Source of the DNA: Bilabrum cf. latius
Lineage: Eukaryota
DNA: 64,000 bases
Assembly: GCA_965178125.1 (NCBI GenBank)
Contig: OZ237776.1
Coordinates: forward strand, 124,001-188,000
Direction: 5' to 3'
Of the stretch, positions 13,326 to 26,500 are shown one piece after another. Within the stretch, counting starts at the first letter, position 1; every line of letters starts with the position of its first letter. The notes under the pieces are model-generated. The model did no database searches, was not told the origin of the DNA, and saw nothing but the letters and a program-made list of their open reading frames with translations. The position numbers were made by a program, and so were the translations under genes.

Positions 13326-16300
13326 TCACCTTCGCTCCCTCTTCGCCTCCACCAGCCACTCGCTGAACGACTGCCCCCCGCCTTGAAGCCCACTTTCTCC
13401 ATCCCCGTTCTGGTGTACGATCAGCGCGGCAGCAGCCTTTCTTGTTTTAATGCCTACCGTGACGTCTTCAGTCAGATCCTTCAGAGCACCATGCAGGGGG
13501 CCCAGCACCACCTCGGACGACTGGCACAGCAGGATGGCAGACTGAGGGTACAGCTCATTGTAGGCATTCACGGCATCTACGGCACTTGGGCTGAAACCCC
13601 TCACGGAGAACACCAGCCGCGGATGCTCCTCGCCCGCCGCGATAGGAGCATGGTCAAGGAACTAACCCCGCATGCTAGTAGGCTTCCGGGCAAACATGAA
13701 CGGTTGGTCCGCTTCTGGCTTCCTCGATAGGTACTGCCACCCTAGGCTACAGCTGGCCACCGCGTCTGCCAGGTCAACTTTGCCCGGCTTGGCCAGCACA
13801 CCGATCACCGTGCCGTCTGTGGTGCGCATCATTAGGTCCATTCCAGCGTCTTGGTGGAAGTCGTACCATATTGTGCTTGTGCCGGACATTGCACGCCAGT
13901 CGTCCATCTTGCTATCACCGCCGACCATTGGGATGCGGCTTGCTCCCGTGATCTTCACGATCTTGTCCCCCACATTCGTCGGGAAGACAAATCCGCTTGG
14001 TACCACCTCGGCCAAAGCATCCTGGAGCTTAACGCCGTCATCCTTGCCATTGCATGCACGGAGAAACATCCACGCGAAGGCATGCTGGAAACAGCCCCCT
14101 TTCGCACCGCTTCCCCCCATCTCTGTCAGCATGAGGCTTTTGTTGCGCAGCCACTCGTCCCTCATCGGGGATGCCTGCGATAGCGCGAAATTACGCCCTA
14201 CCTTGCGCACAGCTTCCACTGTCACGTGCTCCTGCAGCACACTACCTCCGCCAGTCGGGTCGTAGACAAGCACGCCCTGCCTGACGGCATCTTCCATGAT
14301 CTTCTTGTCTCTCTCGGGGTCAGCGGCGCCGTAGGCCGCTATCAGCATGGGCAGCTTACCACTATCCAGGAATACGCTGTCTAGCAGCTGAAGCAGCAGT
14401 TGGCTTTCGTTCTTTTGCGGCAACACAGGAAGCGCGTCCTCGTTATCGTCCTCACTAGGCAAGGTGAATGTTTTAATCCTCTCTACCATAGTATCCAATG
14501 ATTTTTCCCAAGCGCCGGGTAGGCGCTGCAATAGGATTCCCGCCAGGCGGCGCGCGGATGGGTCCTCAATAGTTCGAATGTCCTCCGGCCATTCTGACTC
14601 GTCAACACGAAGCTCGACCAAGTCGCGCAAAACCTGCGCCAAAAGCTCGTCGAACAGGAATTCCGGCCGCCCTTCCAAGTGCCCCAGGTGGTCCTAGATA
14701 CTGGGCGGGATGGCCTCTGGCAGCGTCGGTACATGGCGACGCAGCAGATCGTGCCACACGTGAGTGGATGTGATGTTAACCGGGTGGTAGAACGTCTGTG
14801 TGCGTCTACGAAGGGAGGCATACGTGTCTTCCCGCAGCATTGCCGCGTCGAAGAAGGTGCCCGTCATGCAAGTAGCGACGCCCTTATCCGTCATGACAGC
14901 TAGCGCCCTAGCAGCGCCACGCAGCCAGTTTCTAGATCTACGGGTGTCAGAGCTTGTGCCACTGAGGCCAGAGCCCGTGCCAAATTGCTGCGAGATGAGC
15001 TTCGAGGCCTCATCGATCGTTACCAATACTTGAGGACTAGGTGAACCAGCTGGCTTCCCGCACAGAGCCAGCTGAGCTCCCTTGAGTTTCGTTGCCGCAG
15101 AAGACACATCCAGTCTTCAAATAGTGCCGCGGGCTCGACCTTGCGGAAGTGCGCGACCCCCCCAAGGCGGTCTTGAACCATGGACGAGATACCGGGCTGA
15201 CTGGCTCCATTCGAAGTCGCAAGCAATATGGCTCGATTGGCATCAGCCTCGGTGCGCTGCCTTGACCCGAGCTTGTGCAGCTCCTCTGCGACATGGGCAG
15301 CCCACTCCATGTGGGCGGCGAGCAAGACAACGAACAGGTTACCGCGAAATGTCCTGAGGAGCTTAGTTTCGTCCTCGACCCCATGCGGGACCATGGTGTT
15401 GCGTAGCCCAGGCTCTGCGTTTGCTAGCTATGCAAAAGGCGCGGCTAAGTCAGTTGATCCGGGTTTGACAACAGAGGCAATGACCGATACAATCCCCTTC
15501 TCCAGTGCAACGTCGTGGGCGAGCTTGGTCTTGCCAGAACCTGAGGACTGCGCGACAACCAACACTTTGCGCTCCTGCAAATTAGACGGCTCCGCAAGCA
15601 TCTCTACCACGCGCGAGAACTCGTCAAGACCAGATCCGACTCGCTGTACGAACCATAAGGCTGTGTGCATCTTCATGTCCTCGCTAGAGCCATATGGCAG
15701 TGGTTTCGCGAGTCCAGGCAGCTGCAGGGCCTCTCGCTGGTACTCGAGGCTCTGAAAGTCGTTCTCGCCCTTCTTGATCATGGAGGCCAGTGCTCGGGCG
15801 TGGTGCATTGTGGTCTCGGACGGGATGCAGTCCCGAAGCGCGATGGCCTGCTCTCGCTGCTTGGTGAAGAAGTCTTCGGCGTCCTTCTTGGCATCCTCAT
15901 ACTGCTGCTCGGCTTGTTCATACTGCTGGTCGGCTTGTTCATACTGCTGCTCGACTTCATCTCGATGCTGAATGGCGTTGAGCTCGCGTTGTCTGGCCTC
16001 GGCGCGCTCTTCGTGCGTCTTGGCGTTGCGAATGTCCTCGGCAGCAGCAAACACAGCGCTGTCGGCTGTATCCACAGCACTCCTGGCCCTGTCCACAGCA
16101 CCCTTTGCCTTCCTAATATCACTCCTGGCCTCTTTCAGGTCACGGCTGGCTTCATTCAGGGCATGGTCCCTCTTGGAAAGTGCCTGCTCACTCTGCAGGA
16201 CCTACTAGATCTAATCGCCAACGAGCCCTTCTTCCCTTGCAATTGGGACTGAGTGCAGCGTGCGGGCGCCTACCAGAATACGCACGCCCGCTGAAGGGCG

Positions 16301-16426
16301 AATGCAGCTTCGGTGGGATAACGTGTGGCATGACAGTGAATATTGCAAACGAAGGGAGCAGCAAAACCCATTAATGATCCGCGCTCCCGGCCTCGTGCCT
16401 CCTTTGAAGCGTCTCAAGGCCCGCAT
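13326..16426 (-). CDS. Crinkler/RHS-type P-loop NTPase plus restriction-endonuclease-fold protein with N-terminal coiled coil; apparent 1-nt frameshift near 15109
   Basis: Walker A LVVAQSSGSGKTKL, Walker B VLVTIDEA, LEGRPEFL motif, C-terminal DAGMDL...VIGVLAK (PD-(D/E)xK-like). Six in-frame TAGs (16211, 16205, 16202, 15428, 14694, 13662); ends TGA. Confidence 0.7.
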
Positions 16427-16925
16427 GAGGTCGAGCTGCGAGGTCAACCGAAGGGACTTCAAATACAATCTGCAAGTCAAATGCTACGACAAGAAATGCA
16501 CGGCAGTCTAACACAGACCAAGAGCATTGCCACTCTGAGCCATTCTGAGCCTGTGCCAGCGGCACCTGAGGCGGAGCCATCGTAATTGTAGTTTAGCAGA
16601 TGCCTGTTCAGTCACGGCATGAGCAGCAAACTTGGGGAGTCTCTCCAAGTCAACTCACACAAGCTGGAACGTATACCTGACTGAATGCAGCACCTTTCTG
16701 AGCAAGAGGAATGCTCTAGAAAACACCTCGCAAGACCCTCTCAGCAACGAACGAACTAAGCCTGTTTCAGGCAAACCCGCAGCCCAAACAAAATGATTTT
16801 GCTGTGAAGCATGCTGCGGGTGATTTCGAAGTGTGATGAAGCAGGCCGCTATCGCCGCGCACTCATTTTCTGGATAGGTTCCGCTATGCTGCGGACAGTG
16901 CGCATTTTGGCCTTGACAGCTTTCT

Positions 16926-19900
16926 ATGCCAAGCACTAGACGGTCGGCAAGACTGAATTCTAAATCATAGCCATTATCGCCCGCTCGAACGGGAGATGAA
17001 GTGACCAATGGTCAAGCTGTTGACCAGGAGAGGGCAAATGAAGATCTTGCTGATGCAGCCACAGAAGATGGTGGGCCAAATATCGGACTTGCACCGGCCA
17101 GCACTGAATCACGTGCGGCTAGTTCAAGCAGTGGAGCTGTACTTGACAAGGATACTTCGTAGGCGCAGCAAGCGAAGGCACTGGATTCTCGAGCTGGCAG
17201 TAAGCGCAGTCGAGCTGATCTGGAAACGACAGGTGTCCCAGGGACAGATCCGGACTCAGCTAAAGTTCCAACAACAAGCGAAAATGCCAGTATTGGCGAA
17301 TTGGAGGGTATGAGCCCCGCGACCGCATCCGAGTCTGCGACAGACCCTCGGAGCATGTCAAGCACAAGCGCAGGCGAGCAGCCCACACCGCTGCAGCAGA
17401 CCTACGACAACCCATCTGACGGTGACGTACCAGGTCTGGAGCCAAGTCCAACTGTTGCTGAAAGCAAAGATCCAGCCCCTGAAACGCCCGACCAGAGCCC
17501 AGACGCGAAGCGACGGAGGCTTGATACCGGTCCTGCGGAACCAATCGGAGAGGCGCCGCGCGATGCCAGTGCCACCCCGATGACTGAAGCGAGCACATCG
17601 TAGGGGCCCCATCTCACGAACTGGCTCCCTCCCGCAGAGCTATGCCGCTGGCCGGTCAACAGCGCCCCGGGTGCATATGCATCGTCGCCATCGTCGTCAT
17701 CGTCGTCTCCGTCGTCTCCGTCATCGTCGTCACCCTCATTGCCCACTGCAGGGTCCCAGGAAGCGCCTGCGCAAGCACCGATGGAAACGGGCGGTGCCGC
17801 GGGGACTGATGGCAACCGCGGATCCACTCATCACACCTCTACCGGGGTCGTTCTGCCTCGGCTTCCCGCTACCGCCGACGAAGCCGGTCTGCCGGAGGAG
17901 CTCTTCCAGAGGCTTCCCGGTGTGACGATTGAAGGTGTGACGAGTGCGGGCATGCCGGCGGTGGCCGTGTTCGCCGCAACTTCGGCCCAGAGGCACGCAG
18001 CGACCGCCGTTGCCATGGCCGTGTCAGCACGCGCCGCAGTGCGCTGCACCGTGATGCCGGCGGCCGGCCGGTCATGGCACGAGCTGGCCCTGGGTGCCTG
18101 GCGCCTGGGCTGCAGGGCCGCACTCGTCATCGATGAGGGGTGCTGCCGTGGGGAACGCAGTGGGCCCGGCGGTAGTGTATCGAAGGGAAGCACCGCCATG
18201 GGTGTGACGAGTGAAGGCGGGTCGGTGGTGGGTGTTGGAGTAGGGTTGCTATCGGTTCTGGCAGGCGGGCTGGCTCCTACTGCGCAAGGCAGCAAGCAGC
18301 CTCCGCCCATGGGAAGAGGAGCAGGAGCGGGATCGGGATCACAACCCGGCGAAGACATGCAGGAAGTTTCTGAGGACATGCAGGAAGGACAAGGTGCATT
18401 GCACAGGGGTGTAGTTCGCACCAAGGCGGGAGGAGGAGAAGTGATGGTATCTGCTTCGGGGGATCCGATCGGATTCATCGATGCCTCACCTGATGCAAGT
18501 GACGAGGATGAAGATGAGGATGATAGTGACAGTCGAGAAGGTGATGATAAGGGTGATGAAGACGAGGATGAAGGTGAAAAAGGGAATAAGAAGGAGAACG
18601 AGAACGAGAAGGACGGTGCAACTGGCAGCGGCAGCAGCGCGGGAGCAGCAGCAGGCCAGGGCGACGAGCCGATGCCCTCCCCTTCTTCCCCCTAGAGCGG
18701 CGCATCGTCGGCACATGCACATGCACCAGCACGGCCACCCGCAGCGCGGCCCCGCTCGCTGCCCACGCCTGCAGGCCTGGAGCAGCTGGCCGCAGGGCAC
18801 TTCCTGTCCCCCGCGGAAGCCATCGGGGCGGTGCGCATGCAGGAGGCCTGGCTGAGGAACTGCCTTGGGGGTGGTGTGACGAGTGATGGTGTGGAGGAGG
18901 GCAGTGTGACGAGCGCAACCGCGGGTGCCTCCGCCATCGCGTATCCTGCGACTGATGCGGCTCTGGCTGTGGCTGGCGTGCCGGCTGCACCTGTTGCTGG
19001 TGGGTCATCCGAGGATGTGACGAGTGACTTTGGTCCGTATGGTGGGTGGCTGCAAGGGGCGGTAGCGGAACGAGTCGTTGCTCCGGGAATCGATCCCGGG
19101 TCGTGGACCCTGGTTGGGGTGGTGGGCAGCAGCAGCAGCAGCAGCAGCAGTTCTTCCATCGGTGGGTCGGGGCCCCAGAGTCGGGGGAGCGGCAGCGGCC
19201 TGAGAAGGAGAGAACCCCACGACGATGCTGACGGTGAGGAGGAGAAAGTGGAAGACGATGGAGATGGTGTGACGAGTGAGGGCAAGGTGCCGAGGGCGTT
19301 TGGCGCAAGGAGCAGCGGAAGCCTGGGAGCTGGGGCCGGGTCTGACGAGGACGATGACGAGGGCGAGGAGGAGGGTGAGGACGGTGCTGATGGTGACGGT
19401 GGCGATATCGAGTCGGGGAAGGCTGGAAAAGGGGGGAACACATGCGAGAATGAGAAGGACGAGGGAACAATCGGCCCGTCAGGATCCCCAGCAGCAGCAA
19501 CAGCCAGCGGCTCAACTAGGACTGGTGCCGTTGCCGGTGCCGATGCTAAGCGAGGTGGAGCTCAGACGAGCAGGAGGAAGAGCAGAAGCAGGACGAGGAC
19601 TAAGCGAGACAGCAGCCATGGGGCACATGCAGGATAGGCGGGAGGCAAGTATGACATCGATGCCATCATGGCAAGGGCAGCTGCAGCCATCAAGGGCACC
19701 CCTGCTCCTGCCCCTGCCCCTGGCCATGCCCCTGCTCCTGCTCCTGCACCAACACCAGGAGCGGCAGCAGCCATTGGCGTCGTTTCTAAACCCGCCGCTG
19801 CTGCTGACACAGCTGCACTCGATGTGGCCAAACCTGCCGCTGATGGGAACGTGGCACCACAGTCTGGATCTGGATCTGGATCTGGATCTGGATCTGGATC

Positions 19901-20315
19901 TGGATCTGGATCTGAATCTGGATCAGGGTCTCACCCAGCGCAGTGTGTCGCTTCTGCCCCTGCAGCGGAGGCCGGGGCACCGACTGGTGCGAGGGGAGGA
20001 TCGGATCATAGAGGATCGGATCATAGAGGATCGGATCAGCGGAGTGTCGCTTCTTCTGGATCTGCGTATCCGTCGTCGTCGTCATCATCTGGAGATGCAT
20101 CGCACGGTGGTGTCTCTCGCCTGGGCGCCAACCTGGGCAAGCTCAGCGGGCTGCTTGCTAAGTTCGCCCCAAACAAGCGGAACCAGCCTGAGGACACCCG
20201 ACAGGCTGGTCCTGAGTCAGCTCAATGTGCCGATACCCATACGAAGGCTGCTGGGGATGAGGCTGAAGCTGGGAATGGACATGCAGCTGGAGACGGCACT
20301 GAGGCTGTGGGCTGA
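16926..20315 (+). CDS. Large low-complexity hypothetical protein (~1130 aa); may extend to the TAA at 20445 via a frameshift
   Basis: Single frame from MPSTRRSARLNSKS through five TAGs (16968, 17160, 17601, 18693, 19635) to TGA; acidic and Gly/Ser/Ala tracts. Confidence 0.72.
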
Positions 20316-20535
20316 GGGTGAGGGTGAGGGTGAGGGAGGTGAGGCTGACCTTCGCGCTGCTTCCGGTGAAGATTCAACTACGAAGGCCGGCGATTCGATG
20401 CAGGGCAAGACGGTGGATATTTCGGACGATGCCACGGGCCTGTAAGCGTGTCACCAAGACAGCGTTTGCGAATGTTCCACGTCGGGTGAGACTAGCTAGA
20501 GATCCTGCATTCCTAACGGTGCTAATACTATATAC

Positions 20536-23500
20536 ATGCTGAAGTAGGCAGGGTTGCAAGAACGAAATTTGGAGCAAGCCATTCAATGTGACCAAGGAAG
20601 CGAGCTACGGATAGGTGGTTCCGTACGGCAGCAACATTGCGCGGCGCCCGATGCGGTCCGTTTGCGAAGATGGGACATTCATGTACATTCACAGCAATCT
20701 AGGAAAGTAACGCTAACACTGATTACTTTGTTCTATCTTTCGCTCACATCGCATGCAGGCAAAGCAAAACGCGGCCCCGACATTTGAGGAATGGACAGGA
20801 GCAGCAGAAAAAAGATCACAGCAAGCCCGGATAGAACGAGCAACCCAGCTTCGCGAACTCAAGCACCAGCGGAAGTTGAGAATTCAATAGCAGAAAATCG
20901 TATCCGTGGCGCTGGATGCTGCCAAACCGCATCTTTGGGCAGCATCTGAGCTTATCGATTCTCTGTTCGATGCTCATCGAGAATCAGTGCAGCAAGCAGA
21001 GAGAGATGGCAACGCCAACAGGTAGATTGCACCTCTCATCCCCTGGAATGAAATTGGCAGGCGCTTGGCCTCTGCGGAGGCTGCTGCTGTCCGAGCCGGA
21101 GAGCTGGCCGCAAGGAGAGCTGCCGAGCACTGCCACGGCGAAGCAGGTGCTCGGGCCTCGCAGGAGGCGAGCAGGGCCATCCGAGCGGCGGTCCACGGAG
21201 CCAACCTGCGACAGCGCTGGAAGGACTGGGCTGTTGCAACTGGCGTGACAATGGAGGGCGTGCCGGTGCGACGAGTGGACCGAGCGCCCGACGGCGGCAG
21301 CATGGCAGTTGCTTTGGGACTGTTAGAAGAGGAGGAGGCAAGGGAGGGGGGGTCAGAGGTGGCAGCAAAGGCAGCTGCAGACGCGGGCGATGCTCCAATG
21401 GGTGCAGCGCATGGTGGTGCAGCGCTGGACACCGGATTCGTGGTGCCATCCGTCCGGCACACCGCCGCCGCCGCGCCCGTTGCAGCGGTACACGCTGCAT
21501 CCACCGGTGGATTGGGTGGCCTGCAGGCCCCGGCACTGACCCCTCGAGAGGCCGCCATGAACCGCCTCTTCTTCAAGGAGCTGAAGCGGGCCTGGGCGCA
21601 GGGCAGGCGAGCCGCGAAGGGACACCTCGATGCGCTGGAGCAGCCGCAGCAGGGACAGGGGCAGCAGCAGCAGCAGCAGAATCCGGGTCAGGAGCAGCTG
21701 GGACCAGCAGCCGCCACCAGGAAGGCAGCGGGCCCAGCCGGGCCTCGTACTACCGGTGCTGCATCGGGGTCAGGAGATTCGGAGGGTGGAGTGGAGGACC
21801 CGGAGTCGGTTGCAGCGAACCTCGCAGAACGTTCTCTATCCGAGGCGAGAGATCTGGTGCGCCGCGGGCTACTGGAGCGCAAGCGCTCGCGGCGGCGAGA
21901 GAAGGAGGACAAAAAGCACGAGGCAGAGACGCAGTTTCGGTCCCAAGTCCGGCGCAAAGACCTTGCGGAGGTTCCGCTGCGCGGCGCCGCGGCCGCTGCA
22001 GGTCTCGCGACCGAGCGCGCGCGGCGCCAATTACGCCGGTCCGTTGGTTCCGCAGGGCTGTCCTACGTGGGCGCTGGTCATCGGAAGGCGGTTCCAGATT
22101 GGAAGGTTCCGCAATCGATTGCGCGGCGCCCACTCGGCATTGGGTTTGGGGAGGACGGCAAGCCGATGGGAACCGCCGCGCTTTCCGGTTCCGCACAGAC
22201 TCGAACAGCGCCCACCTCCACCGTCACCCCATTCGATCGGAGCACGGTGCCTCACGCCGCTCGATTGGATCCCACGGGATCGAGCGTTCCCGCTCGGGGC
22301 ATCTCCGCGACGGATCGGAGAACCTTCCCGGCAACGTCCAGCGGGGCGCTGGGACTCCTGCGAGGGGCCTCGGAAGTGCACGCTACTTTGACGCAGGGCG
22401 AGGCGTTCGACGCCCGTGACGCCACGGCGCCCGCCTGGAAAACCGGAAGTGCCGACGGCGGGGCTCTGGAGCCGCAAGCCGGATCCGACCTGCAGGTGTC
22501 CGTTGGGTTGCGGAGCGGGATGCTGGCCGCCGCGGCGGAGGGTAAAGAGGGGAAGCAATCCAGGGAACAAGAGGGGGGACTGAGGTACGCATCCTGGGTG
22601 GAGTCGGCCGAGGTCGCCGAGGATTCGCGGCGCCAGTTCCGCAGACTGGACGCGCCGCTGCTGTGCTCCAGCGCCGGCTGGCGAGCGGCAGCCGCCGAGT
22701 CGTTAAAATGCGCGGCGCCCGGTTCCGCAAGTGACTGGCTGGAGTGGGCCACGTAGGGGCTGCGGGCGTCCTCCGGTCTAGAATCAGGCGAAGGCTCCGA
22801 GTCAACTACGGTTGAGAACGGGGATGGGGATATGGAGGGTGGCTCATCGGACCGTGATGCGCAACTGCAGCAGCAGCAGCAGCAGCAGCAGCAGCACCAG
22901 GCATGGCTGGAGAGTCTTGCGAGGAGCAGCAGTAGAGAGGACTCGGAATCGCTAAGGAAGGCGTTGCTGGGCGAGTGGAACGCGGCGGGTGGTCTGTTGC
23001 GCGGTGCCGGTTCCGCAGAACGGGCGGCGCTGGGCAGTGCACTCCGGCGATGCAGGTACTGGACGGGCAGGGCGCTGGATTTAAGGACATAGGTGGCAAA
23101 ACTTAAAGCGGAAGAGGAAGATAGAGAAAGAAGGGATGGAACGTCCGGCAAAGGTGTCCAGATAAGTCCCACCAGCGACTCAGGCAGTGTGACGAGGGAC
23201 TAGGGCAAGGGCGAGGGCAAGCGCGGGTCACCATGCAGCCTCACTGGGGAGCAGCTCGCCGAGGCCGAGAAGGAGGCTGACAGAGCAGCCGGGGAGGTGC
23301 ACCGGCACCGCAATGCAGTGCAGGTTGCGTTTCTCTCGCTGGAGAGTGCTACAGATAGGGGCCATGGGATCGGATCGGGGTCCGGGCCCGCATCCACCGG
23401 TGGGCTGCACGGCGCCGTCCTGCAAGCCGCACGGCTAGTTCGAGAAAGTGGCATGCTAGTTGCCATCAAGGGAGCTGGCTAGACAGCAGGTGGTGCAAGG

Positions 23501-26500
23501 CTGCGTGCAGGCGTACTGCCTCCGCCGCCAGCCATATTTGGAGGAGAACTAGGCCCCGCGCAATCGGCCAGCGGAACCGAAGGCCAGTCGGGAGTCGGGG
23601 GCTGCCTCGACGTCTAGCTCTCCACCAAGCAGGTGCCGGTGATCGACCCAGCCTCGGGGTACAGCGAGGAGGGGTTCACCTGCGAGGGTTCGCTGGCAGT
23701 CGGCGACCACGTAAACCGTGAGAATAAGAACGAGAATGGCTTTGTCTCGTCTGCACCTATTGATTGGCTTGGTTTGTGTAGCTGCTTGCACCCCTGCACC
23801 CAGCTTGTGCTCGCTGCGTGTGATTGCTGCCTTGGGAGCCTGGTACCACGTTGATTCGCAGGCGCTGTTGCACCAACGCTTGTACTCGTACTCGCACTCG
23901 ATTTCCTTTCCTTAGTGTGTCTGATATTTTTGATTGCGCAGTGGCCGACGACGTGGAATGGCACGTGGTGACACGAATCGACGCGGCGTCGGGACGAGTC
24001 CGGTTGCAACCAAGCATGTCCGTTCGGTCGCAGGGCAGGGGCGCTCTCCTGCATCGCATTGCGGTGCTGCACGGCCGAAGGTTCGGCCCGTTCGACCGGA
24101 GCAGCGCCGTAGATCGCGTGCGAAACGCCATGGGGATGCCAGGGAGCTCCGAGGCTGCCGAGACCCTGCGCCAGCTTGCTTTGTTGCGTGCGGTTTGGGT
24201 GCCTGCCTCTGGGCTGCGGGGCTGCATGGTGCGCCGTGGCGGCGGTGCCGTGCGCGTGGAGGACGCGGTCGGTGTGACGAGCACACAGCTGGCTGCGGTG
24301 CGCAGTTCGGCGGTGAGCGAGGATTCCGAGGGCGGGGGTCAGGACGATGAGGACTGTGTGACGAGTGACACCCGTTGGCCCCGGCAGGAGGCCGCGTTCT
24401 GCCTGGGTCCCGATGAGCTTGAGCAGGAAGTATTCTGGGTCACTGGAGGTGCCACGTCATCCGCTTCCGGCGAGTACGAGGAGGAGGAAGAGGAGGAGGA
24501 GGCCGGCAGCGACGATGACGAGGGCATGGCAGGCCAGCAAGTCAACGGACAGGGTGAGGCTAAGCGCGATGGATCTGGCCGAAGGGGGCAGGGACGGGCG
24601 ACCATCACTCCTGCGGAACCAAGGCGCGGCGCCGGTACCATGTACCGCCTGCCGCACCCCGAGCAAGCCGCGGGACTCGCACTCGTTCGGGCGCTAGGTG
24701 AGTTGTGCAGCGCAGTGCGGTGCACCCAGCGGGAGGCGAAGCAGACCGAGCAGACGCTGCACGAGGCCCGCAGGAAGGCGGGTCAGCTGTGTTCCCTCGC
24801 GCTGCAGTGCGCTGCACTCGCCAGGGTGTGCTTACCTGAGCTTCGCGGTGATGCTGCCCCACCCACCGGATCCACTGGGTCGAATGCCGGTGCGAAGGGT
24901 GGTCAAAGCGGCGGTGGCTAGGGTGGAATAGACGGTTTCCGGGGCTGGACCAGGGCAGAGTGGTCCGGTGTGACGAGTGCGGTCGCACGGGCCGTCCCCG
25001 GCGCCAAGGTGGTGCTGGGGGCGTGCCGCGGTCTCGGGATCGCAGTCGGTGTCGAGGGGGAGGAGTAGGAGTAGGAGGAGGAGGAGGAGCAGTTATGCGG
25101 AGATAGGGGTGGGAATGGTGATGGTGATGGCGGTGCTGCAGCTGGCAGTGCGATGGAGTCCTCCAATGGAAGCATGGATTCTGGTAGACGTGCTGCCGCT
25201 AAAGGCACCGATGAATCGCCCGCTGATGAATTGGCCGCCTTGGTTCGTGCAGTGCTCGCGGCGTGCCAGCTTGCCCATGCCCATGGCAGGGCAGCCGAGG
25301 AGCTAGTGGAGCTGGGGTGCAGGGCACTGCCGCGGGTTGCATTGGAGTCCGCGGCGCGGTAGATGATGACGGGCTCACGGGCGGACCAGGGAACATACTC
25401 GGAATCGAAATTAGACGGTGCTGAGAATGGCATCAGTGGTGATTCCGCCCCTTCCGATGGCGAGCCGCTCGAGCGATGCATCCGCCAGGTTGCGGTGGCG
25501 CAGGTGGCCAAACAGGTCAGACTGGCCAGGAGCCGGGCTTTCACGGAGATGGAGGCGGCGGCTTTGGACAGGGTGTCGGACAGGGTGTCGCACGATCAGC
25601 AGCCCACCGGTGGATCGGGTCAACGCGGCAAGAGCGTCACGATGCAACAGTTCGAGGATTTCATTGGCGTGGTACGCCAGCGGTTGCTCCGTGGCGCCGC
25701 CGACCTGGTCAAACTGGCGGTCGAGGATGGCGCGCTGGGAGGCAGAACCCTCCGGTTGGTCGCAAAATAGGTGGCCAATCTGTCTCGCAGCATCGCTGAC
25801 ATGGCGCAATCCGATGAGCATGAGCATGTGCATGTGCGCCTCGCTGCGAGGCTGGTCAAAGTGGCACAGGAAGGGTTCGTCAAGGATCGGATCAGCGGGC
25901 CGAAAGAAAGCACCGTTGGCAGCTTGCAGTTGGATCCATCGGTGGATCGCATGATCCGATCCCGGTTGCGAGAGCGGATGGAGTACTTGGAAACGCTCGG
26001 CTCGGATGATGATTCGGGACCGGGTGTGACGAGTGCTGTGCGCAGGAGCTTGTCATCCTCGTCATCGTCACCAAGGCCGAAGCAGAGCGTGGCCCGACTG
26101 TCCGTATCCGTGGACAGCGCGGGGGCGGGCAGCGTGTCGCTGTCGTGGGGCGATCCAGCGTGGGCTGCCCTCATGGAGCGAGCGAGGGGTAGGGGGGGGC
26201 GGGTGGGACTGCTGCGGTGGGTGCATCGCATGGCGGTGTGGGCGAGGGCGCGGGGGCTGCAGGAGGAGGAGCCCGTGGTGTGGGCGCTGAGGGGGGCCTG
26301 GGCCTGGGAGGGCAAGCTCGGTGTGACGAGTGCGATGGAGGGTAAGCATGGTGTGACGAGTGCGACGGGTGGACTCGCTGGTACTGCGGGCGTGCTACTG
26401 GTGCCTGGCTTCGGAACGCGAGCAGCCATCGGGGCTGGGCCAGAGGACGGCAGCAGCACCGCAGTGGAATGCACCCGTATCGACCCAGTGACGGTGCGGC

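Noticed and set aside
23852-23854. Selenocysteine or TGA read-through in the FN3 gene
   Set aside because: The TGA lies inside a well-formed predicted intron (23718-23941).
25060-25092. TAG=Glu, suggested by GAG GAG TAG GAG TAG GAG
   Set aside because: A single low-complexity context that also ends in CAG; the paralogue alignment and several poly-Gln contexts favour Gln. Not fully excluded without genome-wide analysis.
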